DNA of 64,000 nucleotides from Podarcis bocagei (Eukaryota), in NCBI GenBank assembly GCA_964188305.1, contig OZ076894.1, one strand, 5' to 3'. The notes beneath the pieces are model-generated. The model saw only the letters and a program-made list of their open reading frames with translations. It did no database searches and was not told the origin of the DNA. Position numbers and translations under genes: made by a program. Shown here piece after piece: positions 33,201-45,569 of this stretch. The number at the start of each line of letters is the position of its first letter. Positions within the stretch are counted from its first letter, which is position 1.

Positions 33201-36200
33201 CAGGGAGCTTGCACTGCCAGAAAACTCTGTTTGTCAGGTACTTACATTCCTTATAAATAAATTCCTCATATTCCTTCTAAATACCCTTATATATTAGGTG
33301 TTTACCCTTCACCTTACCTGAATCCTGATCACATTGCCTGAAGGCGGAGGCGAGCTCTGACCTGTGAGCAAACAATTGCTCCCTTAAAACCTGGTACGCG
33401 GATTCCTCCACCCGGCTGATCCTGAGGGGATGGGATAAGCATTTCTGCCATGTAACATCATACATGAGGGATACAACACACACACACGTCTCTGCCCCAT
33501 CTGAGAAACAGAGAGCCCTTCTGGGCTTTGGGTGAAAGGACCACAGAAAGGAAATAATACCTAATTTATGACCTTTTAAATATTGTTTTGCTATTTCCTT
33601 TATACTAAAATGACTTTTAAAAGGTACCCCTGACCATTAGTCCAGTCGCGGACGACTCTGGGGTTGCGCGCTCATCTCGCTCTGTAGGCCAAGGGAGCCA
33701 GCGTTTGTCTGCAGACAGCTTCCAGGTCATGTGGCCAGCATGACTAAGCTGCTTCTGGAGAACCAGAGAAGTGCACGGAAACGCTGTTTACCTTCCCGCC
33801 GGAGCGGTACCTATTTATCTACTTGCACTTGACATGCTTTCGAACTGCTAGGCAGGCAGGAGCAGGGACTGAGCAACCAGAGCTCACCCCGTCGCAGGGA
33901 TTTGAACTGCCAACCTTCCGATCGGCAAGCCCTGGGCTCTGTGGTTTAGACCACAGCGCGACCTTAAATTACTTGACTAGATATGTAACTTAACTTAAAT
34001 AGTGGTCAGTGATATGAGCAATGTAGTTATGTGGCAGAAGATGAACTGCAGATGAATGGAAACAACAGAAACTAACAAGTGCAGATGGGAACAGAAATTT
34101 ATGCATTCTTAACTGGATCCCAAACCTGCACAGGGTTTTGTCTAAATCAGGGCATGGGGAAGCTTTGGTCCTCCAGTTGTTGCTGAACAATGCCCATTAT
34201 CCCTTGACCATTGACCATGCTTGCTAGGGCTGATGGGAGTTGTAGTTCAGCAACACATGGAGGGCCAACTTCGCCACACCTGGTATAAGTCACTATCACC
34301 CACTAGTTGGGTCTGCCCAGTTAGGAGTGACCCATGACAGGGCCTTGTCAGTGGTGGCTCCCCTGTTGTGGAATGCCCTCCCCTGGTAGTGAGCGGCTCC
34401 TCTCTCCATCAGTACAGTGGTGCCTCGCAAGACGAAAATAATTCATTCCGCGAGTCTTTTCGTCTTGCGATGTTTTTTGTCTTGCGAAGCACGGTCCGTC
34501 GCAACTGCGCCTCTTCAAGCGGCTTTAAGAAAAAAGCGCAAGACGTTTTCGTCTTGCGAAGCAAGCCCATAGGGAAATTCGTCTAGCGAAGCAACGCAAA
34601 ACCGAAAAACCCTTTCGTCTAGCGAGTTTTTCGTCTTGCGAGGCATTCGTCTTGCGGGGTACCACTGTATTAACTTTAAGGAGGAAACCGAAAGTGTTCC
34701 TAGTAGCTGAAGAATACAGTTCCTGGCAACCTTGAGGCCATTAGATGGAAGTATGTTTTAAAACTGTAATTGTTTTTAGAATCTTGTCATCTGTTTTAGA
34801 ATGTTTCCACTTTGCTTTCGTTTCTAAATGCTGTATCTGCAGGAAGGGGCAGATATAAACAAGCATATAAATAAAAGCTAATGGGGCAAGATAGGGCCAT
34901 ACAAAGGATTGCTTTCTCCAATGGCCTAACTGATGGAGAGGGGAAGAGATGATGAGGAAGAGGAAGATGCTTGCCTTTGAGTCATTGTCAGTTTATGCGC
35001 ATCCTTGCTGGCTTGATACTGGATGATGTGAGGGATCAGGTCAGGCCCCAGTTTGAGGTAGGCACCCCTGTTACTGCCAACTGCATAGTAGTTTGAAGCG
35101 GAAAATACAGTGATTACCTAAGCAAGTAAACAGAAACAAACCAGCAATTTCAAATCGTTAAGAAGCACATATTACTTTGCGGTCAGCTCCCTTCTTCCCC
35201 CAGCTGTACAGTCTCACCATAAATATGCCCTATAGATTTGCAAAAGCATTTCCACACACTTTCTTCCCCTTGAAAACTGCATTTACCATGCGATAAAACT
35301 CACATTGCAAAACTGAGAATAAAATCCTCTGAGAGGCTCTTCCTTGCCTAAGATCCCAGAAACTCTTCCATTTAAACCTATGGTGGAACCTCAGTTTTTG
35401 AGCGTCTCGGAAGCCGAACAATTCAGAACCCGAATGCCAAAATCCCAGAAATAATTGCTTCCATTTTTGAATGAGCCTTGGCTTCCGATGTGCGTTTCTC
35501 ATTTCCCCCCATTGACTTTGCAGCCAGCCCCTTGATCCTCAGTTTTTGAACGTTTTGGAAGTCGAATGGGTCTTCTGGAACGGATTACGTTCGAAAACCG
35601 AGGTTCCACTGTGATATCATTAAATGCCGAATTCTCCTTTTGTCCGATAGCAGGATTTCCCATTCATATTAATTTTTCTACCTCCATTTTCTGCCAGATA
35701 TTAAATTAGACGTGAACATATGCCAAATATCCATTAAACGCTTCTTCCAGTCAGTCACATTGCCGCTGCTTACTGTGGAGGCAGACAGGAAGGGGAGGAG
35801 AGCCCGCAAGCTTGGCACAGTGCAAACACACTGGCAGAGCCAATCTGGTGCCCCTGCCAGTTCATTTGCACTACTCCGCCCTCCACACCACCTCTCATTT
35901 CCCCCTATAACTCCCACTAATGCGACTGAGGACTCCTGCAAGATGCATGCATGCTCCCTTCACCCTGCATGATGAAGTGCAATCAGAAAATACCGTATTT
36001 TTCACTCCATAAGACACACTTTTTCCCTCCTAAAAAGTAAGGGGAAATGTGTGTGCGTCTTATGGAGAGAATGCAGGCGGGAGGCTCTGCTCAGCGCTCC
36101 CTTTAAAGAGCCGCGTGGAGCGTGTGTGCCCCTCTTGGGGGCTTTTTCCCGAGGAGGGAGAAGGGCAGCCCATCAGTCCCTTCTCCCATCTCACAGAAAA

Positions 36201-39200
36201 GCCCCCAAGAGCCGCACACACGCTTGGCATGGCTCTTTAAAGAGCGCGTGGCTCTTGCTGGCTTTTCCAGGTGGTGGGGGAAGGGACAGAGGGCAGACCC
36301 ATAGAGGGCAGCCCCTCCCAGAAAAGCCCCCAAGAGCTGCACTCCCTTTAAAGAGCTGCACGGAGCGTGTGTGCGGGCTTTTCCCCGAGGAGGGAGAAGG
36401 GCAGCCGGTCAGGGAAAAGCCTGCAAGCGCCGCACACACGCGCACACGGCTTGTGAAAGGGAGCGCTGAGTAGAGCCTGGGGTGCATACAAGCTCTGCTC
36501 AGCGCTCCCTTTAAAGAATTTCCCCCCTTGCATTCCCCCTCTAAAAACTAGATGCGTCTTATAGTCAGGTGTGTCTTATGGAGCGAGAAATACTGTATAT
36601 CAAGACATATCCTCCCACTCCCAGCTCTGCCCAGAGCCTTGATTGATGCTCTACTGGGCTACCTTTCGGTCGTGGCAGAACTCATAACCTTCCGGCTTGC
36701 ACTCGTGGGAACGGATGATGAACTGCAGGTTGTACTTTTCCAGAATCTCCTTCGTCACATCGGGGCCAAAGTAGCAGCCCCCTCCTCGGTCCTGATTCAC
36801 TCTGCAGCCGTTTTGATGAATGGGGTCGCTCCACAATATATCCGTCACCTGAAAATGGAGAGAGGGGGAGCTGAGTTGTTAAGCACCGCTTTGGCGCAGA
36901 CACAGATCAGCAGCAGCTTTGGAAACCAGAGTCCTGATCTTCACGGAAAGAAAACTATATGAAAATGATGTATTGGTGGTACTTAACCCCAGCAGAACTA
37001 GCAAAAATGTATAAAACAAGTACCAATACATGCTGGAAATGCAAAGAAAAAGAGGGTACCTTTTATCATATGTGGTGGAACTGTAATGTAGTTTAAAAAT
37101 TCTGGGAAGTGATATAAAATGAAATGAAAGAAATTATCAGATTACGCAGAAATGGCTCTTTTGACAGATAAACTGAGGAGTAATACTAAACAATCATTTA
37201 TTCAAAAATGGGATGTGTTCAAGAGATATTTACAAAAATGTAACAGTGACATAACATGTATGGCAGCGTTCGAATGACCGTTGTGTAAAGTAAATATGAA
37301 GAAATAAGGGGAAATGGTACAACAGGTTGTAAGAAAGTATTAGAAAATATATTAAGAGTAAGGTAATAATTACAGTGGTACCTCGGGTTAAGAATTTAAT
37401 TCGTTCTGGAGGTCCGTTCTTAACCTCAAACTGTTCTTAACCTGAGGTAGCACTTTAGCTAATGGGGCCTCCTGCTGCCACTGTGCCGCCGCCGCCGCGC
37501 GATTTCTGTTCTCATCCTGAAGTTCTTAACCCGAGGTACTATTTTTGGGTTAGCAGAGTCTGTAACCTGAAGCATCTGTAACCTGAAGCGTTTGTAACCC
37601 AAGGTACCACTGTATAAGTACATTCAATATTACAAATGTTAATTACATTGGGAAACGATGGGAAGTCTATTTTATTTTACTTTATCTTAGTTTATTTAGA
37701 AAATATGTGGAAAGAGTAATTTAATATTTAACTGTAAATTAATGTAAGGTTATTTATTTTATTTTATTTTATTTTATTTTATTTTATTTTATTTTATTTT
37801 ATTTTATTTGTATGTGTGGATTTAAGATACTGTATGATATCTATGAATTTCAACAAAGGATTAAAAAAATGAAACAAAATGTTTAAATTAACTTTTGTTA
37901 AAAAAAACAACAGAAGCTTTTTTTAGTAGGAATTATAGGTACCAAGATTCCAAAAGATCCATGTATGCTACAACAGCTATCCAGATTCTGCTAGCCCAGA
38001 GATGGAAGGAAGAGACAACCCGAACCAAAGAAGATTGGCAGATCAAGTTGATGGACTATGCCGAAATGGCAAAATTAACTGGGAGGCTCAGGAATCAAGA
38101 CAACAAGAAATTTTTAAAAGGATGGGAAATGTTTATAATGTATATAAAATCATTGCAAACAGGTTAAAGCATTAGCAGGATTTTAAATACTCTTGTAATG
38201 TGATAGAAACTACAGATAATTTAGGAATTATCTGTATATCCGTAAATTTAGGAATTTTTCTTTTTTTTCTTTTCCCTTCATTTTTGAAAATCAAATAAAA
38301 GAATTATATATATATACAGTGGATGCTCGGGTTGCGAACGTGATCCATGTTCGCAACCCAAAGCTTTCACAACCCACAGCACCGCGTCTGCGCACGTGCG
38401 GGTTGCGATTCAGCGCTTCTGCGTACACGCAAAGCGTGATTTAGAGCTTCTGCACATGCGTGACTGCCGAAACCTGGAAGTAACCCATTCTGGTACTTCC
38501 GGGTTTTGGCACGTAAAAAAACCGAAAAAATGAAACCAGAGTGCTGAAATCCTGGAGAAGTTTGAATTCATTGCTGAGGAACCTGTAGCCCTAGACAACG
38601 AGGGGTGGGTGGATCTGCCCTCTGTTTCTCATTTTACCAGTCTAGAATTCACACTTTGCAATTAAATAATCATTAAATAATTATTATTTAATCATTAAAA
38701 AATTAAATAATAAAACTCATGAAGATTCATCAGGGTTTTGTTGTTGTTTTTTTGCGCTTCGTTCATTCTCCGAATCAACCCACCTGCTGAACGTCCTCGT
38801 CTTCAAGGATTGATGAGTCGTTGGATCTGGTATCCTCAGAGGTAAGTGACATTCCCGCCATCCTGCGGCAGGACCGGAGCTCTTCCTGGACACTTGAGTG
38901 GGGCAGCTGAGACCTGCTTGATAAACTGCTCTTGCCACATCGGGATGCTTTCGATTCACGGACGCCACAAACTCTTGGCTGTTTTCTCCTCTGGGTCAAT
39001 ACAGAGAGAAGCTAAGAAAAGCAAGGCAGAGAGTCAGATATTCCGAATACAGAACTGTGAGACTGGTGCTATCCTGTCCCACCCACCGAACAAAAATTTC
39101 ATCTGGTTTTCGGATCACCCAGATCAAGTTAATGGGCTTCAAGCCGCACTCAAGGCACTCAAGACAAGGTGATGGGGTTAGAAGAGAAGAGGAGGAGTTT

Positions 39201-42003
39201 GGATTTGATATCCCGCTTCATCACTACCCAAAGGAGTCTCAAAGCGGCTAACATTCTCCTTTCCCTCACTCTGTGAGGTGAGTGGGGCTGAGAGACTTCA
39301 GAGAAGTGTGACTAGGCCAAGGTCACCCAGCAGCTGCATGTGGAGGAGCGGGGAAGCGAACCTGGTTCACCAGATTACGAGACTCTTAACCACTACACCA
39401 CACTGGCTCTCTGGTTAGGGCCAGAGAGAGGGGTGGGTTTGCTTCATCACCCCCCACGCCCCCCCCCCGATTCACTGTGGTGGCTGATGATAACGTGGGA
39501 ATGTTGTAGAAACAGTTTCTACGCAGATGCAATATTGGTTCTAAACGCAGCATAAGGAGTCTCTATAGTATAATGTATTTTAAAATGGGGTTTCAGAGTT
39601 GTTAGGGGTTTTTGAATGTCTTATGTAGATTTTCAATTTCATTGTTCTGTATGGGACAATGACAATAAAGATATAGTAAAAATCGTACTAGGAGAGGATA
39701 TATTGATTTAATAGTATCCTTCCTAACTCACGCCTGTGAGTCAGCAGCAGAATGACATTCCCCAATATATAGCAGGAAGCTAGTTGGTAGATTCGCTTGA
39801 ATCTCTTTACTTAAGCAATCCACTCTGGGTTGCCTAGATTGAAGTATATTTTCCTGGTAAGATCCCTTTGATTCCCCTCCTAATAAGAATAAAGACAAAA
39901 CAGTCTTCTTTTAGAAGGATAACAAGTTTACTCACATTCAGTTCACAGTTGGATCCCTGAAGCTTTAGCTTGTAGTTACAGGTACAGTGTGGCTTACATC
40001 CTTGCAAGGATTGGCCCATGTGAAGAAACGGCCTCAAAAGAGGGAGGTGGCTGCATGACTGGACCTTTTGTGGGGTCTGAAAGGGTCACACCCACCTACC
40101 TGGTCACAGGCAGGGGGAGGATGCTCCAGACCAGGTGTAACAGGAAGTTCAACTGGCTGGACCAACACCCCCCCCCCGTCTGTGTCCACTCTAGGCAAAC
40201 AAGGAATGTTGCCCTTGACTGCTCCAATGGATTACCGTATTTTTCGCTCCATAAGACGCACTTTTTTCCTCCTTAAAAGTAAGGGGAAATGTCTGTGTGT
40301 CTTATGGAGCGAATGTGTGGTCCCTGGAGCCAAATCGCCGTTGCCCTGCACTCCTGGGCTGCTCTTTGGAGGTGTGGGGAGGAGCCACTCTGCTCTGCCG
40401 GCAGCCTCCGCTTTTCCCTGAAGCCCCGGCAAGGTTTGCAAGCAGCAGGAAGGCTTTTCCCCCTCTGTTCTTTGCTCAGTCACTCCATTTCCCACTCTTT
40501 GAATCTTCCTTTCAAAACAACCATGCCTATTTTGAGAAAACATCACAGATTTAGGAACTGGAGCACAATCCAGAGAGCAGGGATGAGGAAGCTTTCCCAA
40601 CCCAAGGACCAGTTTCCATAGGCAGGTCCTGCACAATACATTTTTGGCACCTGAGGTCAACCACAAAACGGTCATCCCTCCCTCCAGCCAGGGAAGAAAG
40701 CATAAATGAAGATCTACATCAGGAGTGGGGCATCAAATACCATCTTATCCAACAACGGTTGAAGTGGGAATCATGGCAGGGGGCCGCTCTGAGTAACGTT
40801 GGTCAGGTGCAAAGGTCAGGAGACCCCAGAAGGCAGCCCCTGCTATTTCCTCCCTATAGGTGTGAGGAGAACAACAGTGCCCCCAATCTGCCAAGAAGCT
40901 GCTGTAGAGGAAGAATTTGGAGCTGAGGGGCTGCCGAGGTGCTAGCGAGTCCAGCCTCCAAGGAGCAAGCTACACGGAGGTGGCAGCAGGCAATGTAGTC
41001 CTTGCTGCCCCTGTGGATCCTGCCGCCTGAGGCAGTTGCCTCCCCTTGCCTCATAAGTGGGCTGACTCTGCTCATAGGGAACCTTCCAAGGACCTGACAG
41101 GTCTGGAGGGCTCTATACCTTGCGCCGGTCGACTGTGGCTAGCCGCTCCAAATCAGTCATGTTCGAGATTCCTCCGTGTACAATCAAGACCTTCTGGTCA
41201 ATCACGGTGGCCAGAGGCAGGCAGCTGAAGACCGTCTTGAGCTGTTTCAGGATTTTGCTGCCGTGTTCCTAGACGGAGGGCAGGAACAGTAAAGGAGAAT
41301 GAGAGAAAGGCCCACTACAAATATTGATACGTGGCACAGAAATGGAAACAAGAAGAATTACCGGCGAAAGAAGAATGGCAGACGAAATGAATGGATTACA
41401 CAGAATTAGATAAGATGACAGGAAGGATTCAAAACCTGCGGGACCAGAGATTCTCAGAAGACTGGAAGAAATATGCGGACTATTTGAAAAGCAACCATAA
41501 TCAACTGGTTACGCTAGTAGGACTGCAAGAAGTTTTGTAAGGAGTAATATGTGAAATATTGTAAGGGAGGTTGTGATGAGAGAGTCAATAGATAAGATAA
41601 TTAATAGCAATAGTGAAATTAAGAAATGTAAATTAAGAGAAAAAATTGGAAAATTTTCAGATGTGCTTGATGGAAGTCTAAAAAAAATTGTATAAGATGT
41701 TGAATGACCATTGAAAATGATATATTACATAATGAATAATATATTTATTATTATCATATATACAAAATATTAAATTATATTCAATATATACAATAATATA
41801 CAAATATTGATATGTATCCAGGACCCAGAGTTTGTGGGTGCAAAAGCACCCTTAATTCCTAGAGTCAACAAATGCCAGAGATTACTAAATATTCAGAATT
41901 ACTAAATGATGGGAGTCTTCACCAGGGTGTCAGACGATTCAACAGTGTGAGAATACAGACTGAGCTTGTTTTTTTGTACTGGGGCATCATTGGGGAGATA
42001 GAG

Positions 42004-42056
<53 letters not shown>

Positions 42057-45000
42057 CCACACTTCATCTAAAGTTCTCAGGGTGGGTGACAACATAAGAA
42101 TACACAATAAAAGTACAAAACAACACCCCCCTAAAATACACATTTTAAAGGCCATAGAATATCATTCAGCAAAGGGCCTGGTTAAAGAAGAACGTTTTTG
42201 CCTGGCGTCTAAAGGTGTATAATGAAGGCGCCAAGTGAACCTCCCTGAGGAGAGCACGCCATAATCGGGAGCCACTACAGAAAAGGCCCTGTTCTCGTGT
42301 TGCCACCCTCTGGGTCTCTCGTGGAGGAGGCGCACAAAGAAAAGCCTCAGAAAGTCATCTCAGGGCCTGGGTCAGTTCGTATGGAGAGGGGTGATTCTTG
42401 AAGTATTGAGGCCCTGAGCCATTATATGTCTGACTAAGGGAAAAGTCAAGGCTCCACCAAAAAGTTACTCATTTTAGATGTAACAAAGAAGGGCATATAC
42501 CCAAATTCACAAACCAGCAAAATTCCTTTCATTTAAGCAACAAAAGTCCAAGGGACAAGGGGATCAAAACCAGAAGAGAAGAAGAAGAAGAGTTTGGACT
42601 TGATATCCCGCCTTTCACTCCCCTTAAAGCAGCTAACAATCTCCTTTCCCTTCCTCCCCCACAAAAAACACTCTGTGAGGTGAGTGGGGCTGAGAGACTT
42701 CAGAGAAGTGTGACTATTCCAAGGTCACCCAGCCATAGCTGTCAACCTTCCCTTTTTTTGCGGGAAATTCCCTTATTCCAGCGCTGTTTCCCGCTGCTTC
42801 CCACTGCTATCCCGGATTGTTAGATATCCCGTAGACTGTCCCTGAGACAGGTGACGCTGCTGATCCCTTATTTTCGAGGCTGCTGATCCCTTATTTTCAA
42901 ATCTGAAAGTTGACAGCCATGCAGCCAGCAGCTGCATGTGGAGGAGCGGGGAATCAAACCCGGTTCACCAGATTACAAGTCCACTGCTCTTAACCACTAC
43001 ACCACACTGGCAAGAGGCAAACAAGAGGAACAGGGACAAAGAACGCAATCTTCTTTTGCAAGAGAAGAGTCCAGCTGTAAATAGCTGTGATACAAAATCC
43101 AACAAATTGATTCTGAATGTTCCTTCTCAGATGCGTTATGATAAATGTTTCTTTGGCGGCATTGAGAGTATTAACCCATCAGTGGAGGGCAGTATTCAAA
43201 TTGCAAATGGCGATACCATAAATATTTGCAGCCCAGGTTGAGGAACCTTAAACTGCAAACTAAGCAATCACCAGAAGGAACTGATACTTTAACCAAAATA
43301 GCAAAAACTAAAACATGGCATAATTGGGTGGGGAAGCCTCTCTTAGAAGGTGAAGGGCTATCCTCTGTTCTTAAGATGGCTACATCTCAGCAGGATTGTA
43401 GCAGTGGATTTCTTGTGTTGACAGTGCAGATTGGACTAGATGACTTTTGAGAACGTCTGTGAGTCTAAGGTTCACAAACAAGCTTACCTTATATTTGCGC
43501 GTGACCTCCTTGGTGAAACCATAGCTAGAGATCAAGAGAAGAGAGGACTTGTAAGTAGATGCCCATTAACATAACCCACACATTTCTTAATTCCTGAAAT
43601 GTGTGTTCAGGGGCCATACCGTAAATTGATCATATAGTCCTCATGGTTGCCTCTGTTCAGGTGGACCTCCTTCGGGTAAACCAAAAGGAAGACGAAGAGG
43701 ATGATCAGGACTTCTATGGAACACTTGCCTCGGTCCACAAAGTCACCGTTAAAGACATAAAACTTTTGTGGAGAGGGAATACCATTCTGCAGTGGAAAAA
43801 CAACAACAGTCATCCAGAAAGTTGCATAGGTAAAGGATCCCTGACAGTTAAGTCCAGTCGTGAACGGCTCTGGGGTTGCGGCTCTCATCTCGCTTTACTG
43901 GCCAAAGGAGCAGATGTTTGTCTGCAGACAGTTTTTCCGGGTCTTGTGGCCAGCATGACGAAACCAGAGCAGCACATGGAAATGCTGTTTACCTTCCCAC
44001 CAGAGTGGTATCTATTTATCTACTTGCACTTTGACATGCTTTCGAACTGCTAGGTTGGCAGGAGCTGGGACCGAACAACGGGAGCTCACCCCGTCGCAGG
44101 GATTCGAACTGCCGACCTTCCAATCGGCAAGCCCCAGGCTCTGTGGTTTAGGCCACAGTGCCACCCACATGCCAGATGCTTACCAAATGCTAAATTTGGA
44201 GACAAAATGGTTGGAAGTTTCTACCAGCCACCCTCCACAGCTCCCACTCTGCAAAGCTTTGAGAAGATCTCCAACTATAAATTTAAAGGCAAGGGGGCAA
44301 CCTGACACCTTTACCCAACAACACAGGCAGAGCAATCCTACCCAGGCAGATAGGTCAGGGGGCAGATACACTCTTTTGCGGCCTAGGACCCACATACCTA
44401 TGGGACCACCTCTCCTGGTATGCCCTGCGGAGGACCTTGAGGTCCACAAATGACAACATTTTGGAGGTCCCAAGTCGCAAGGTGGTTAGATTGGTCTCAA
44501 CTAGGGCCAGGGCCTTTTCAGTACTGGCCCCGACTTGGTGGAACACTCTGTCACAAGAGACTAGGGCCCTGCGGGACTTGACATCTTTCCGCAGGGCCTG
44601 CAAGACAGAGCTGTTCCGCCTGTCCTTTGTTTGGACTCAGTCTGACCCTTAAGTTTTCCTCCCCTTATGGTTTTGATCTATGGGCTACTTTTAAAATGAG
44701 GCTGCATTTTAAATTGTATTCTAACCTGTATTTTAAATTTATTTCCCCCCCTATTATGTTTTTATTGTAATTTTGCTGGTGTTAGCCGCCCTGAGCCCGG
44801 CTCTGGCTGGGGAGGGCGGGGTATAAATAAAAAATATTTATTATTATTATTTTTTAAGGGAAGCATCTTCCTAACTGGTTCTGGCCTGGGGTGCTGGGGT
44901 GTGTGAAGTAAACCTTCATTTTTGTAATTTTTATTTCTCAATTATATTTAGTGGTAGTATGGTTGCAATGTTTTTTGTAACATAAAATCATTCAATAAAA

Positions 45001-45351
45001 AATATTTTTAAAAAAAGAAAAGAAATGGCAAAGGTGACCGGAAAGCTCAAGAACCAAGAGAACAACTTTTTTTAAAAAAAAGAGTGGGGGAAATTTATAA
45101 TTTATTTAAGAGACCACTGTAAGCAGATGAAAACATTAGCAGGATTTTAATCCCACTTGTAATGTAACAAATACGAAGGATAATATGGATGGATACAGAG
45201 TATAGATTATGGAATAATATGCAGTTGTAAATGTTGACAACAGGACCCGTGGAGGGGATTTGGTGGAAGTCTCGAGATTCAGAGTAACTTCTATACATGG
45301 ATTTGCATTTGGATTGCTATAAATTTATATATGTAAAGTCAAATAAAAACG

Positions 45352-45393
<42 letters not shown>

Positions 45394-45514
45394 GGTTTTG
45401 GTGTCTTCGGGTGTCTTCCCGTGTAAGAGTTCCCAACTCTTCCCAACTCTTACACGGGAAGACACCCGAAGACACCAAAACCTACATTCCTGTACCCGTG
45501 AAAATCTACGAAAG

Positions 45515-45569
<55 letters not shown>

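Noticed and set aside
36049-36533. Cluster of overlapping ORFs (similar cluster at 57989-58545)
   Set aside because: All lie in GC-rich MITE interiors with no protein homology evident.
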